From Chiloscyllium plagiosum (lineage: Eukaryota): DNA of 20,000 bases. Shown in pieces: positions 1-10,533 of this stretch. The notes beneath the pieces are model-generated. The model was not told the origin of the DNA. It did not search any database and saw only the letters and a list, made by a program, of their open reading frames with translations. A program made the translations under genes and the position numbers. Location: assembly GCF_004010195.1 (NCBI RefSeq), contig NW_025215293.1, positions 67,287 to 87,286 of the forward strand, in the 5' to 3' direction. Each line of letters begins with the position of its first letter. Positions within the stretch are counted from its first letter, which is position 1.

Positions 1-300
1 CCCCCTCATGGGTGAGTCTAGGGCCAGAGGGCATTGTCTCACAATAAAGGGGCACCAATTTAAGACTGCGATGAGGAGGAATTTCTTCTCTCGAAAGGTT
101 GTGAGTCTTTGGAACTCATTCTCGCAGTGAGCTGTGGGGGCACTGTCTGTGTGTGCGTTTCAAACAGAGAGATAGACTCTTGATCAGTCAGGGAATCAAG
201 GATTACGGAGCAAAGGCAGGCCTTATGGACAGGAGGAATTGGATCAGTGAAGCAGGCTGAGGGGATGAGTGGCCTCCCCTTACAGTGCTCTGATCTTAGC
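1..300 (+). mobile_element. CR1/HER1-type LINE, 3' end (degenerate ORF2 C-terminus and 3' UTR), cut by the window edge
   Basis: Translates as PLMGESRARGHCLTIKGHQFKTAMRRNFFSRKVVSLWNS, the CR1 ORF2 C-terminal motif; later frameshifted. The right boundary is approximate. Confidence 0.85.
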
Positions 301-314
301 GGAGTGATGACCTG

Positions 315-975
315 ATAAGACCATAACACCATAAGACAGAGGAGCGGAAGCAAGGCCATTCGGCCCACCGAGTCCACTCCGCCATTTAATCATGGCTGAT
401 GGGCATTTCAACACCACTTACCCACACTCTCCCTGTAGCCCTTAATTCATTGCGAGATCAAGAATTTATCAATCTCTGCCTTGAAGACATTTCTCGTCCC
501 GGCCTCCACTGCGATCCGTGGCAATGAATTCCACAGGCCCACCACTCTCCGGTGAAGAAATGTCTCCTCATTTCCATTCTACATTGACCCCCTCTAATTC
601 TAAGGCTGTACCCACAGGCCCTAGTATCCCCCCCTGACAGCAACAAATTCTTAGCATCCATTCTTTTTAAGCCATGCGTTGTCTTGTAAGTTTCTGTTAG
701 ATCTCTCCTCAACCTTCTAAACTTTATTGAGTATAATCCCAGGATTCTCAGCCATTCATCATATGTTCGGCCTACCGTTCCAGGGACCATCCATGTGAAT
801 CTCCTCTGGACACGCTCCAGTGCCAGTATGTCCTTCCTGTGGGGCCCTAAACTGAACACAGTATTCTAAATGGGGCCTAACTAGAGCTTTATAATGTCTC
901 AGAAGCACATTCAAACCCTCTTGAGATAAATAACAACATTACATTTGCTTTCTTAATCACGGACTCAACCTGCAA
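315..975 (-). mobile_element. CR1/HER1-type LINE, 5'-truncated 3' fragment
   Basis: ORF 458..859: KDILALERVQRRFT..GGDTRACGYSLRIRGGQCRMEMRRHFF. Octamer tail (TCTTATGG-like) at 315-337. Closely resembles the 3' end of the copy at 11222-13770. Confidence 0.92.
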
Positions 976-1424
976 CCTGAGAAGTCAAAAGATCTGGGTT
1001 CAAATCCCACCTGGCTCAGATGTTTCTCTGAGTAGATCGATCAAAAAGTGAAGGTTTAAAAGATAGCTGTGTCATCATTATTTCTGATACTAGACACCTT
1101 AGTGAACGGAATTTTAACCCCTCTCCCAGAGCTACCGCATTTGACATCTGAACTCCTATTTTCAGACCATAAATCCAGATGAAGCATTTTTATTCCAGAA
1201 AATACTTAAAGGGTTCAACACCTTCCTTTTCCTTCATTTACTCCATGAATCTCAAGATCCATCCTCAATATTTTTAGCCACTTTATAAACTTTCTTCTTC
1301 CCCCGTTCAAACTCTGCTGTATTCATAGAATTTGTAAAAGTGCATTGCTATGTATTTTCTCTTGGTAATGACAGAAAGTGCAATAGAATGTAACTTGTCC
1401 ATAGACAGCATGTTCCCCTGTGAT

Positions 1425-1790
1425 AAAAGCAACGTACTGTGGATACTGGAAACCAGACGCGCGCGCGTACACACACACACACACGCACACAGACACACAG
1501 ACACACACACATACACACACACATGCATACACACACATACACACACACGCACACACACGCACACACGTACACACACATACACACACGCACACACGTACAC
1601 ACATACACGCACACACACACGTACACACACACACGCATACACACACACACACACGCACACGCACACACGCACACACGTACACACATACACGCACACACTC
1701 ACGCACACACAGAGATTGCTGGTGTAACTCGGCAGGACAGATCAGCATCTGTGCAGAATGAATCTTCAGGTGTGAATCTTCTTCAGAACT
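1425..1790 (-). mobile_element. Degenerate PLE terminal repeat (pLTR) split by a (CA)n expansion
   Basis: Flanks TGTGGATACTGGAAACCAGA / CAGAGATTGCTGG..CAGCATCTGTG..TCTTCTTCAGA align to 13975-14092 (TGTGGATGCTGGAAATCAAAAACAAAAACAGAAATTGCTGG..CAGCATCTGTG..TCTTCTTCAGA). Confidence 0.65.
1458..1710. repeat. Imperfect (CA)n/(CG)n purine-pyrimidine microsatellite, about 250 bp
   Basis: CGCGCGCGCG followed by CACACA.. interrupted by CG, TA and a few GA units; explains six low-complexity ORFs. Confidence 0.97.
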
Positions 1791-1848
1791 GTTCTTCACT
1801 TCAGAGTTCACTATTGCCAGGGTACGAAAGCGAGTCCTGTGTTCTCGA

Positions 1849-3110
1849 ATGCTGTAGAGTTAATGTTACAGCTGTACAAAACTTTGGTTAGGACACATTT
1901 CAAATATTGCGTGCTGTTCTGGTCACCACACTGCCAGGTTTACCAGGATGCTCTCTGCACTGGGAGACCACTCATGAGGAGATGTTGGATAGACTTGAAT
2001 TGTTTCCATCAGAAAGATGGAGGCTGAGGAGCGACCTGATAGAGGGCTACAAAATCATGAGAGGCATAGATACGGTGGATAGTCAGAGGCTTTTTCCCAG
2101 GGTGGAAAGGTCAACTACAACAGACCATAAGGCCATAGGAGCAGAAATTAGGCCATTCAGCCCATCGACTGTGCTTCGCCATTCTATCATGGCTGATAGG
2201 TTTCTCAACCCCATTCTCCCGCTTTCTCTCCACTACCCTTGATCCTCTTGACAATCAATAACCTATCCACCTCCTGACTCAATGACCTGGCCTCCACAGC
2301 CTTCTATGCTAGTGAATTCCATACATTCCCCACTCTCTGGCTGAAGACGTTTCTCCTTATCTCTGTTTGAAAAGCTCTTCCCTTTCCTCTAAGGCTGTGC
2401 CCTCGGGTCCTAGTCCCTCCTCCCAATGGGGACATCTTCCCAACATCCTCTCTGTCCAGGCCATTTGTTATTCTGGATGTTTCAATTAGATCCTCCCTCA
2501 TTCTTCTCAACTCCATTGAGTATAGTCCCAGAGTCCTCAAACATTCCTCATATGTTAAGCTTTTCATTCCTGTGACCATTCTCGTGAACCTCCTCTGAAC
2601 ACACTCCAGGGCCAGTACATCCTTCCTGAGATATGGGGCCCAAAACTGCACTCAATACTCCAAGTATTGTCTGACCAGAGCCTTATAGAGCCTCAGATGA
2701 ATATGCCTGCTTTTGTATTCAAGTCTTTTCAAAATAAATGCCAATATTGCATTTGCCTTCCTAACCACTGACTCAGTCTGCAAGTTTACCGTGAGAGATT
2801 CCTGGACTAGATCTCCCAAGTCTCGTTGCACTTCAGACTTCGGAAGAGGACGCAGATTTAAGTTGTGAGGGAGAAAGTTTCAGGGAGAAATGCGGGGAAA
2901 ATGTTTCCAGTGCTCGGAATGCACTGCCAGTGGAGGTGGTGGAAGCGGGTACGTCAGTAATGTTTAAGGTGTGCCTTGACACAGGAGGGAAAGGGAAGCA
3001 AACAGAGGGAGAGAAACTGCAATAAGTAGCAACTCGAAATAAGAATTGGAATCAGCGCGGACTTGGTGGGTCTGAGGGCCTGTTCCTGTGTTTTTGGTGT
3101 TGTATTCTTG
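1849..3110 (+). mobile_element. Old CR1 LINE 3' fragment, split by the nested CR1 at 2122-2843
   Basis: LMLQLYKTLVRTHFKYCVLFWSPH and RLRSDLIEGYKIMRGID..RLFPRVE up to 2121; resumes at about 2844 (AGAGGACGCAGATTTAAG) and runs to a CR1 3' tail near 3060-3110. Confidence 0.82.
2122..2843 (-). mobile_element. CR1 LINE 3' fragment nested in another CR1
   Basis: ORF 2304..2651: QFWAPYLRKDVLALECVQRRFTRM..GGGTRTRGHSLRGKG..FSQRVGNVWNSL. Tail AGACCATAAGGCCATA at 2122-2137. Confidence 0.92.
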
Positions 3111-3382
3111 AGAAGGGGTTGAAAAGCAGAAATGTGGAGATATTTCATGATTTAGGGAGTGAATGATTGGGTTTGACGCTCAGCCGAGTCCACAGGTCTC
3201 AACAGTGAAGCAAAAACGACAGAGATATACAAGATCCCAGTAAGAGCTGCAAAGCAGAAGGCTAGCAGTTGAATGACACTCGCAAAGGTGGGTGCATCCA
3301 CATTGATCACTCAGAGCAATGAGGGAACTCAGCTGCATTTACCTGGATCTCCTAATTTTATCTTATTTATCGATTTTGTGGA

Positions 3383-4257
3383 ATATGGGTGTTGCTGGCT
3401 GGGCCCTGCGTTTCTTGCCCATCCCTAATTGCCCCCTTGAGAGTGGGGGGGGGGGGGGGGGGGTGAGCTGCCTTCTTGATCAGCTGCAATCTCCCTGCTG
3501 TGAGTTGAGACACAATGCCGTTAGGGAGGGGAATTCCAGGATTTTGACCCAGCGACGGCAAAGGAACGGCCAATGTGTTTCCAAGTCAGGACGGGGAGTG
3601 GCTTGGAGGGGAATTTAAACGGGGTGGTGTTCCCATTTCTGTGCTGCCCTTGTCCTTCTAGATGGAAGTGGTCGTGGGTTTGGAAGGTGCTGACTTAGGA
3701 TATTCGGTGAATTTCTGCAGTGCATCTTGTAGATAGTACACACTGCTGCTACTGAGCGTTGGTGGGGGAGGGAGAGGATGTTTGTGGATGTGGTGTCAAT
3801 CAAGCGGCTGCTTTGTCCTGGATGGTGTCTTGAACGTCGTTGGAGCTGCCCCCATCCAGGCAAGTGGGGAGTATTCCATCCCACTTCTGACTTGTGTCTT
3901 GTAGATGATGGACAGGCTTTGGGGAGTCAGGAGGTGAGTTACTTGTTGCAATATTCCTAGCCTCTGACCTGCTGTTGTAGCCAATGCATTTATGTGGTGA
4001 GTCCAATTAAGTTTCCGCTAACTCAATGATAACCCTCAGGATGTTGATGACGACGGATTCGTGATGGTAACACCATTGAATGCCAGGAGGTGTTGGTTGG
4101 ATCGTCTCCTACTGGTGATGGTCAGAGTCTGGCATTTGTGCATTGTGAGTGTTACTTGCCACTTGTCAGCCCAAGCCTGGATATTGTCCAGATCTTGCTG
4201 CATTTGGACTGCTTCACTATCTGAGGAGTCATGAATGGTGCTGAACAATGTGCAATC
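3383..4257 (-). mobile_element. Second LINE family (CR1/L2/jockey-group), frameshifted RT C-terminus plus 3' UTR
   Basis: Peptides MQQDLDNIQAWADKWQVT, LSIIYKTQVRSGMEYSPLAWMGAAPTT and HQRSVAAVCTIYKMHCRNSP occur in successive frames. Confidence 0.85.
3445..3463. repeat. G19 homopolymer in the LINE 3' UTR
   Basis: 19 consecutive G. Confidence 0.9.
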
Positions 4258-4522
4258 TTAATGTTGGGACAGACTTCATAACCAGCCTCGTGTAATAGGC
4301 TGATAAAAATTAGGAAGCGTGTCAGCAGAGAAATGTCAGATAATGTTTGTGGCTGTGGGTTCAATGGTTTCTTACTCAGGACCCAAGGGAGAGCTCAGCT
4401 CAGTGACGATGCAAGGAACATCCTGAAGTTTTCTATGATTCAGAGCTCAGCAGATATAGACTCACAGAGTCATACACCACAGAAGAGACCATTTGGCCCA
4501 ACAGAATGGTGGCAACCTATCT

Positions 4523-4718
4523 AGGGCGACAGGGTGGCCCAGTGGTTAGCACTGCGCCAGAGACCCAGGTTCAATTCCCCCTCGGGCAACTGTCTGTGTG
4601 GACATTCTCCCTGTGTCTGCTTGGGTTTTTCTCTGGGCGCTCCAGTTTCCTTCCACAGTCCAGAGTGTTTAGCTTAGAGTGGATTAGCCATGCTATAGTG
4701 TCCAGGCATGTACAGGCT
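4523..4718 (+). mobile_element. Degenerate HE1-type tRNA-derived SINE
   Basis: GGTGGCCCAGTGGTTAGCACTGC (A box), GGTTCAATTCC (B box); body aligns to 6880-7194. Confidence 0.8.
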
Positions 4719-4962
4719 TGAAGGGAGGAGACAGAGGGTTTGGAAGAGAGCAGTCTTTCCAACTGGAAGCCTGTGACCTGTGGTGTGCTGCAAGGGTCGG
4801 TGCTGGGTCCAATGCTTTTTGTCATTTATATAAATGATTTGGATGTGAATATCAGAGGAATGGTTAGGGAGTTTGCAGAAGAGACCAAAATTGGTGGTGT
4901 GTAGTAGACAGCAAAGAAGGGACCTTGCCTAGATGGGCCAGTGGGCCAAGAAATGGCAGATG
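4719..4962 (+). mobile_element. Internal CR1 RT fragment
   Basis: WKPVTCGVLQGSVLGPMLFVIYINDLD..EFAEETKIGG (degenerate PQGS and FADD motifs). Confidence 0.85.
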
Positions 4963-5076
4963 TCATCAAGTCGAGTGAAACCTTTTGGTCAGTGACCATG
5001 GGGCGGATATATCCAACTGGCGACCTCTCCCTGGTTTCCATGTGATCAATCCTTGCCAATCAGTCTACCATGCAGA

Positions 5077-5365
5077 AGCTCTTGAAAGGTTTTCGTATCT
5101 GGTGCCTCGGGGAAATTTGGTCTCTTAATAACCACAAAAGCGGTGGGTCCACACGCTGTGAGAATTCCTTGTTGCTTTTCGTCCGCCATTTGCCTGGGAA
5201 AAGTAACACGTTCTGTCCTCATGCCGGACCCAGGCCTCAACGGCAGGATCAAACGAGACAAGTTTCCCAAATTACGGCATGACGAGGAAATACTTTTCCC
5301 AGCTCAAAGACGACTGGTGCGAGCGAGTTTCTTGAGGAGCTGAGTTTTTTTACTCTCGTCGCCAC
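5077..5365 (-). mobile_element. Ty3/Gypsy-type LTR retrotransposon relic: PBS, leader and degenerate gag N-terminus
   Basis: TGGCGACGAG at 5364-5355, 1 nt after the LTR's terminal CA. From the ATG at 5280: MP*FGKLVSFDPAVEAW..YFSQANG, then frameshifted ADEKQQGILTACGPTAF..PEAPDTKTFQEL. Confidence 0.75.
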
Positions 5366-5600
5366 TGAAATAACTCCACAGTGGCTGGTATCCTGTCACC
5401 AAGTCACCCTTTATTTCCACGTGCATAGTCCTTGACAGTGACCCAGCACCCTCAGAGCAGGATCTCAGAGTGAGCAGAAACTCTGACCCTCCTGCCTGTA
5501 TCTGTCAGCCAGGGCTCCCTGATCAGACCCGGTTAACAGCCCCAATCAGGGAACTCCTATTCTATGAGGTCCACCTGGGTGACCCCATTACACTCGCTGG
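5366..5600 (-). mobile_element. 5' LTR of the Gypsy relic
   Basis: Minus strand ends ..GAGTTATTTCA next to the PBS and contains AATAAA (TTTATT at 5410-5415). The LTR start is degenerate and approximate. Confidence 0.7.
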
Positions 5601-6879
5601 GCCCCGCGTATTGTGCTGTACCAGCCCCTAGACGGGTCCTGAAGGGTACAGTGTCACTTGAAGCAGTGTTAGGTTTCAATGTTTGTGAATGTTTGTGATC
5701 CCAATGCAGGAAATAATCTGATCATTTCTCAAGTTAGTTCAGGCACACAGTTTCGATATGACCGTTTCGTCAATCTGATAAAGGAAGTGTACAACCACGA
5801 CAATTGAGGATGGTTCATTGATACCCAATGGCATTAAAGGTAAAGCTGCCACAGTCCCAGCGGTCTATAGGACTGCTCTCTCATTGCAGTGCTGTTAGGG
5901 AGTTCTTCCTGCAGTCTTCCTTCTCCCCTTTTGATCTACCTTCCATCTGGAGAAGGCAGCTCCCCGACAATGTCTGTTATCAACAAGGACCCACCTTACA
6001 CAACAGCCCTCTGGCCCTGCACTCGTCAATATACCCGATTCCCAGAGGCAGGGAGCTTACACCGTGTCACTGAACTGCCTGAACCCTATTGGCCAATGAC
6101 CAAGGGGGCAACATGGCCTGGCTGTAATCTCCTCGCCTTCCTCCATTTAACGGTTAGCTGTCATCACTGCTCAGACCAAGGCATTCGATTTTCCCAAACA
6201 CGGCACTGACAGTAAGGTAATGTGGGCCCAACAGATGGTGGGCGCCAGTTCAATGCAACATCACAATTCATAAGAACATTAAACATAAGAACCTAAGAAC
6301 GCAGAGCAGGAGTAGGCCGTCCGGACCTTTGAGCCTGCTCTGCCAGTCAGTAAGATCATGGCTGATCTTTTCATGGCCTCAGCTCCACTTACCCGCCCTC
6401 TCACCGTATCCCTTAATTCCTTTACTGTTCACAAATTTACCGATCTTAGCTTTAAAAACGTTTACTGAGCAAACCCCAACCACTTCCCTGGGCGGGGAAT
6501 TCCACAGATTCACAACCCTCTGGGTGAAGAAATTCCTTCTCAGTTCAGTCCTAAATCTGCTCCCTCTAACCTTGAGGCTCTGCCCTCTTGTCCCAGTCTC
6601 ACCTGCCTGTGGAAACATCCTCTCTACTTCTATCTTATCTATTCCCTTCATAAAATTACATGTTTTCTATAAAATCCCCCTCATTCTTCTGAATTCCAGT
6701 CTCTCCTCATAAGCCAACCCCCTCAACCCCATGAACCTCCTCTGCACCCCCTCCAGTGCCAGTACACCCTTTCTCAGGTAAGGAGACCCCAACTGCACAC
6801 AGTACTCCAGGTGTGGCCTCACCAGCACCTGGTACAGCTGCAACATAACCTCCCTATTTTTAAACTCAATCCCTTTAGT

Positions 6880-7194
6880 GGGCGGCACGGTGGCACAGTG
6901 GTTAGCACTGCTGCTTCACAGCGCCAGCGACCCGGGTTCAATTCCCGCCTCAGGCGACTGACTGTGTGGAGTTTGCACGTTCTCCCCGTGTCTGTGCGGG
7001 TTTCCTCCGGGTGCTCCGGTTTCCTCCCACAGTCCAAAAATGTGCAGGTTAGGTGAATTGGCCATGCTAAATTGCCCGTAGTGTTAGGTAAGGGGTAAAT
7101 GTAGGGGTATGGGTGGGTTTCGCTTCGGCGGGTCGGTGTGGACTTGTTGGGCCGAAGGGCCTGTTTCCACACTGTAATGTAATCTAATCTAATC
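6880..7194 (+). mobile_element. Full-length, well-preserved HE1-type SINE
   Basis: GGGCGGCACGGTGGCACAGTGGTTAGCACTGCTGC head, B box GGTTCAATTCC, CR1-like 3' end GGGCCGAAGGGCCTGTTTCC, (TAATC)n tail; many CpGs retained. Confidence 0.93.
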
Positions 7195-8305
7195 AATGAC
7201 CTTTTACCTTCCCAATTACCTGTTGCAACATTCTGTGATTCATGCACAAGGACCCTCTGCACAGCTGCATGCTACAACTTTTTGCCATTCAAGTAATAAT
7301 TCTTTTTACTGTTATTCCTACCAAAATGGATGACATCACATTGATTAACATTGTATTCCATCTGCCAGACCTTTGACAACTCACTCAATGTACCTATGTT
7401 CCTCTGCAAAGTTTCACAATCCTCTGCACACTTTGCTCTGCCTCTCATCTGAGTGTTATCTGCAAACTTTGACACACTACACTTGGTACCCAACTCTAAA
7501 CCATCTCCGTAAATTATGAACAATTGCGGTCCCAACACCAATCCCTGAGGCACACCACTAGTTACTGATTGCCAACCAGAAATGCATTCATTTATTCCCA
7601 CTCTTTGCTTCCTGTTAGTCAACCAATCTTCTAACCATGCTAATACTTTACCCATAATGCCATGCATCCTTATCTTATGCAGCAGCCATTTGTGTGGCAC
7701 CTTGTCAAAGGCCTTTTGAAATCTAGGTACACCACATCCACTGGGTCCCCATTGTTCAGCGTGTTCAAAATGTCTCCATAGAATTCCAAAAGGTTTGTCA
7801 AGCATGGCCTGCCTCTCCTGAACGCAAAGGGACAATTTCTATCTAGTTACGCTGCTATTTCTTCCTTGATAATAGACTCAAACATCTTCCCTACTATAGA
7901 GGTTAAGCTCACTGCTCTATAATTTCCTATTGTTTGTCTACCTTCCTTTTAAACAGTGGCATCACAGTTTCCATTTTCCAACATGCTGGGACTCCCCCAG
8001 AGTCCAGTGAATTTGGAAAATTTCCACAAGGACACTTGCTATTTCTCCCGTCATCTCTTTTAGTACCGTGGGATGCATTCCGTCGGGGCCAGGAGACTTG
8101 TCTATCCTTAGCTCCAGTAACTTGTTCAACGTGACCTCATCGGTAGTAACAATTGCTTCCAGGTCCTCACCTACCTTTGTCTTTGTGTCAGTTACTGGCA
8201 TGTTATTCCTGTCCTCCACTGTGAAGACTGATATAAAATATCGATACAAAATATTCAATGCTTCAGCCATTTCATCATATCCCATGACCGAAATTCCCTT
8301 CTCAT

Positions 8306-8790
8306 GTCATTTACAAAAATATCTTGCAAGAACTACAACAAACACTACATTGGACAAACAGGCAGAAAATTAGCCACCTGCATACATGAACATCGACTAG
8401 CCACAAAAAGACATGACCCATTCTCACTAATATCTTTACGTACAGATGAGGAAGGACACCACTTTGACTGGGACAATGCACTCATACAAGCCAAACGGAG
8501 ATACACATTAGAATTCCTAGAAGCATGGCATTCCAACCGGAACTCTATCAACAACACATTGACTTGGATCCCATTTTCGCCCCCTGAGAAAAAGAATGGG
8601 AAATGACATCACTACAGGAAATGATGTCACCATGGGAATTGGCATGATCAACCCAAGGAAATCTAAATAGAAAGTGGGCCGTGCCAGCAGTGCTTCATCC
8701 AGAGGCTCACTGATGGTGTTACCTAGTATGGTGATGAAACGTCTGAAAACGAACCTTCCAGCTCAGTGAACAAACCTACATCCAGAACTC
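8306..8790 (+). mobile_element. 5'-truncated Penelope/Poseidon-type PLE: GIY-YIG endonuclease end plus pLTR
   Basis: ISCKNYNKHYIGQTGRKLATCIHEHRL..FDWDN..EFLEAWHS; candidate TSD TTCTCAT at 8299-8305 and 8792-8798. Confidence 0.88.
8707..8746 (+). ncRNA. Minimal type-I hammerhead ribozyme, core mutated (A9 to G)
   Basis: TCA-CTGATGG-T-GTTACC(TAGTAT)GGTGAT-GAAA-CG-TC-TGA. Confidence 0.7.
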
Positions 8791-9739
8791 TTTCTCATCC
8801 AGCGTTTACTTTGGCCACTCTTTTCCATGTTATATATTTATTTATATTGATATATTTATTCTTATGGCCTTTCTAGGTGTCTTTCTTCATGAGGTATTTG
8901 GAGAGCTGCCCTCTGTTGTAGCTGAGATCTCATGCTGCACAGAAAATGCAAGGAAAACCCACCCCAATTTTCCACCCCAGGCACGCGCTGGACTGGAATC
9001 TGTGCGTTTATCGAGGAAATCACCTCCTCAGGCACCTTTGAAATGTATTACAATCGAAGCCGACAGTGAAGTGGGCAACTTGGCATGATGCCCGATTCTC
9101 AATCTGTGGGGTAAAGGTGCCACGTTCAGGGCACTGCCATTTCAGTGAAACACTCACAACCTTTACCTGGAAAGTTACAAAACGAAAGAAGGTGCCATAG
9201 TTACTGGGTGTGATCCGTAATTTCTGCAGGAAACTGATCCTTTTCCTCTCATTGTCCCAGTGTGGCCGTGCGGGGACACAAAGAGGAACAGAGAGGCTCT
9301 TTCAGCATTGATGGAGGTTTTCCTTCTAATACCTGTTTGGATTCGCCAACGTCTCTGTTCAAATGCCAGTGGAGACCATTGGATATGAAACAGAATTAGG
9401 CCATTCAACCCATCAGGTCTGCGTCCCCATTCAATAAGGTTATGGCTCAGTGATGAAAGAAAGCTGCCGACGCTGAGGTGATTAACAAACGGCAAATAAT
9501 GGGACATTGCAAAGCAGTGGCTCTTTATTGAGCAAAGATCTCAACAAGGGCTCATTCCCCCATGGAGAGCTCATTTGAACCTTATGCTGAGAGGTGGGCT
9601 GTGTTGAAGGGCTGGTGTTGCTGGGGGAGTATATGCCAGACCCAGAGCTATGGAGAGCTAATACCTGTCCTTGGCAATAATAATGAACATCAGTAGTGAG
9701 AGGGTTCAGAAAGGATTTACAAGGATGTTGCCAGGGTTG

Positions 9740-9939
9740 AAAAATGTGTTGCTGGAAAAGCGCAGCAGGTCAGGCAGCATCAAAGGAGCAGGAGAATCGA
9801 CATTTCGGATTCCTGAAGAAGGGCTTATGCCCGAAACATCGATTTTCCTGCTCCTTTGATGCTGCCTGATCTACTGCGCTTTTCGAGCAACACATTTTTC
9901 AGCTCTGATCTCCAGCATTTGCAGTCCTCACTTTCTCCC
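9740..9939 (+). mobile_element. Hairpin mini-PLE A (200 bp) with hammerhead and 14-bp TSD
   Basis: TSD TGTTGCCAGGGTTG at 9726-9739 and 9940-9953; inverted arms 9738-9808 / 9831-9901 (65 of 71 match); unpaired tail 9902-9939. Confidence 0.88.
9811..9842 (+). ncRNA. Minimal type-I hammerhead ribozyme
   Basis: TC-CTGAAGA-A-GGGC(TTAT)GCCC-GAAA-CA-TC-GA. The antisense arm reads GAAATGTC, so the ancestral form is inferred as GAAACGTC (reciprocal CpG decay). Confidence 0.75.
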
Positions 9940-10290
9940 TGTTGCCAGGGTTGGAGGATTTGAACTAAAGGGAGAGGTTAAATAGTCGAGGGATATTTTC
10001 CCTGGAGCACCGAAGGCTGAGAGGCGACCTTATAGAGGTTTATAAAATCATGAGGGGCATGGATAGGATAAATAGACAAAGTTTTTTCCCTGAAGTGGGG
10101 GAGTCCAGAGCGAGAGGGCATAGGCTTAGGGTGAGAGGGGAAAGCTATACAAGAGATATCTGGTTGGCATGGATGAGTTGGACCGAAGGGTCTGTTTCTG
10201 TGCTGTACATCCCTCTGACTCTATAATAGTGACCACCTGGCCCAGGAATGTAACTCCAGTTAGTACTTCAGATTGGATCAGAGTGTGAAC

Positions 10291-10466
10291 TGCAAAGGAA
10301 CTTCGATTATCCGAAGACACAGGCTGGGAATATTTCGTTCGGTTAGTCGAGTTCCAGATAATCGATGCCGGATAACATAGTCAGCCACGCATTGGAACCT
10401 TGCGATCTAGTTTGGATAATCCGAAATTCTGTGAATTGGAAGCCAGATAATCGAGGTTCCTTTGCA
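10291..10466. mobile_element. MITE with 23-bp terminal inverted repeats (TIRs), pogo/Tigger-like
   Basis: TGCAAAGGAACTTCGATTATCCG (10291-10313) vs CAGATAATCGAGGTTCCTTTGCA (10444-10466), 21 of 23 match; repeated internal GATAA motifs. Confidence 0.8.
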
Positions 10467-10533
10467 AAATATAAAAAAATGAGCGGAACGTGACACAAAA
10501 GCACAAAGTATTGTTATGAAACGTGAATTCTCA

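Larger units (their letters stand above)
6269..8830 (-). mobile_element. CR1 LINE (RT through 3' end), interrupted by an HE1 SINE and a PLE fragment
   Basis: FQKAFDKVPH, GVPQGLVLGPQLF, KFADNT, LVRPHLEYCVQ, GETGTRGQSLKVRG..NFFTQRVVNLWNS; (TTCTTATG)-type tail at 6269-6300. Confidence 0.93.
9697..10226 (+). mobile_element. CR1 LINE 3' fragment, host of the 9740-9939 insertion
   Basis: ERVQKGFTRMLPGL / ED..RRLRGDLIEVYKIMRGMDR..GESRARGHRLRVRG; tail GGACCGAAGGGTCTGTTTCTGTGCTGTA. Confidence 0.88.

Noticed and set aside
985..1015. B-box-like GGGTTCAAATCCCAC
   Set aside because: Probably an old SINE scrap, but too short to delimit.
1307..1891. Six overlapping ORFs rich in C/V or H/T
   Set aside because: Stop-free translations of the (CA)n microsatellite.
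3445..3463. Functional G-quadruplex
   Set aside because: A homopolymer within a LINE UTR; its length may be sequencing-sensitive and nothing else supports function.
6880..6955. tRNA gene
   Set aside because: The A and B boxes are the head of an HE1 SINE; the same holds at 4523 and 15667.
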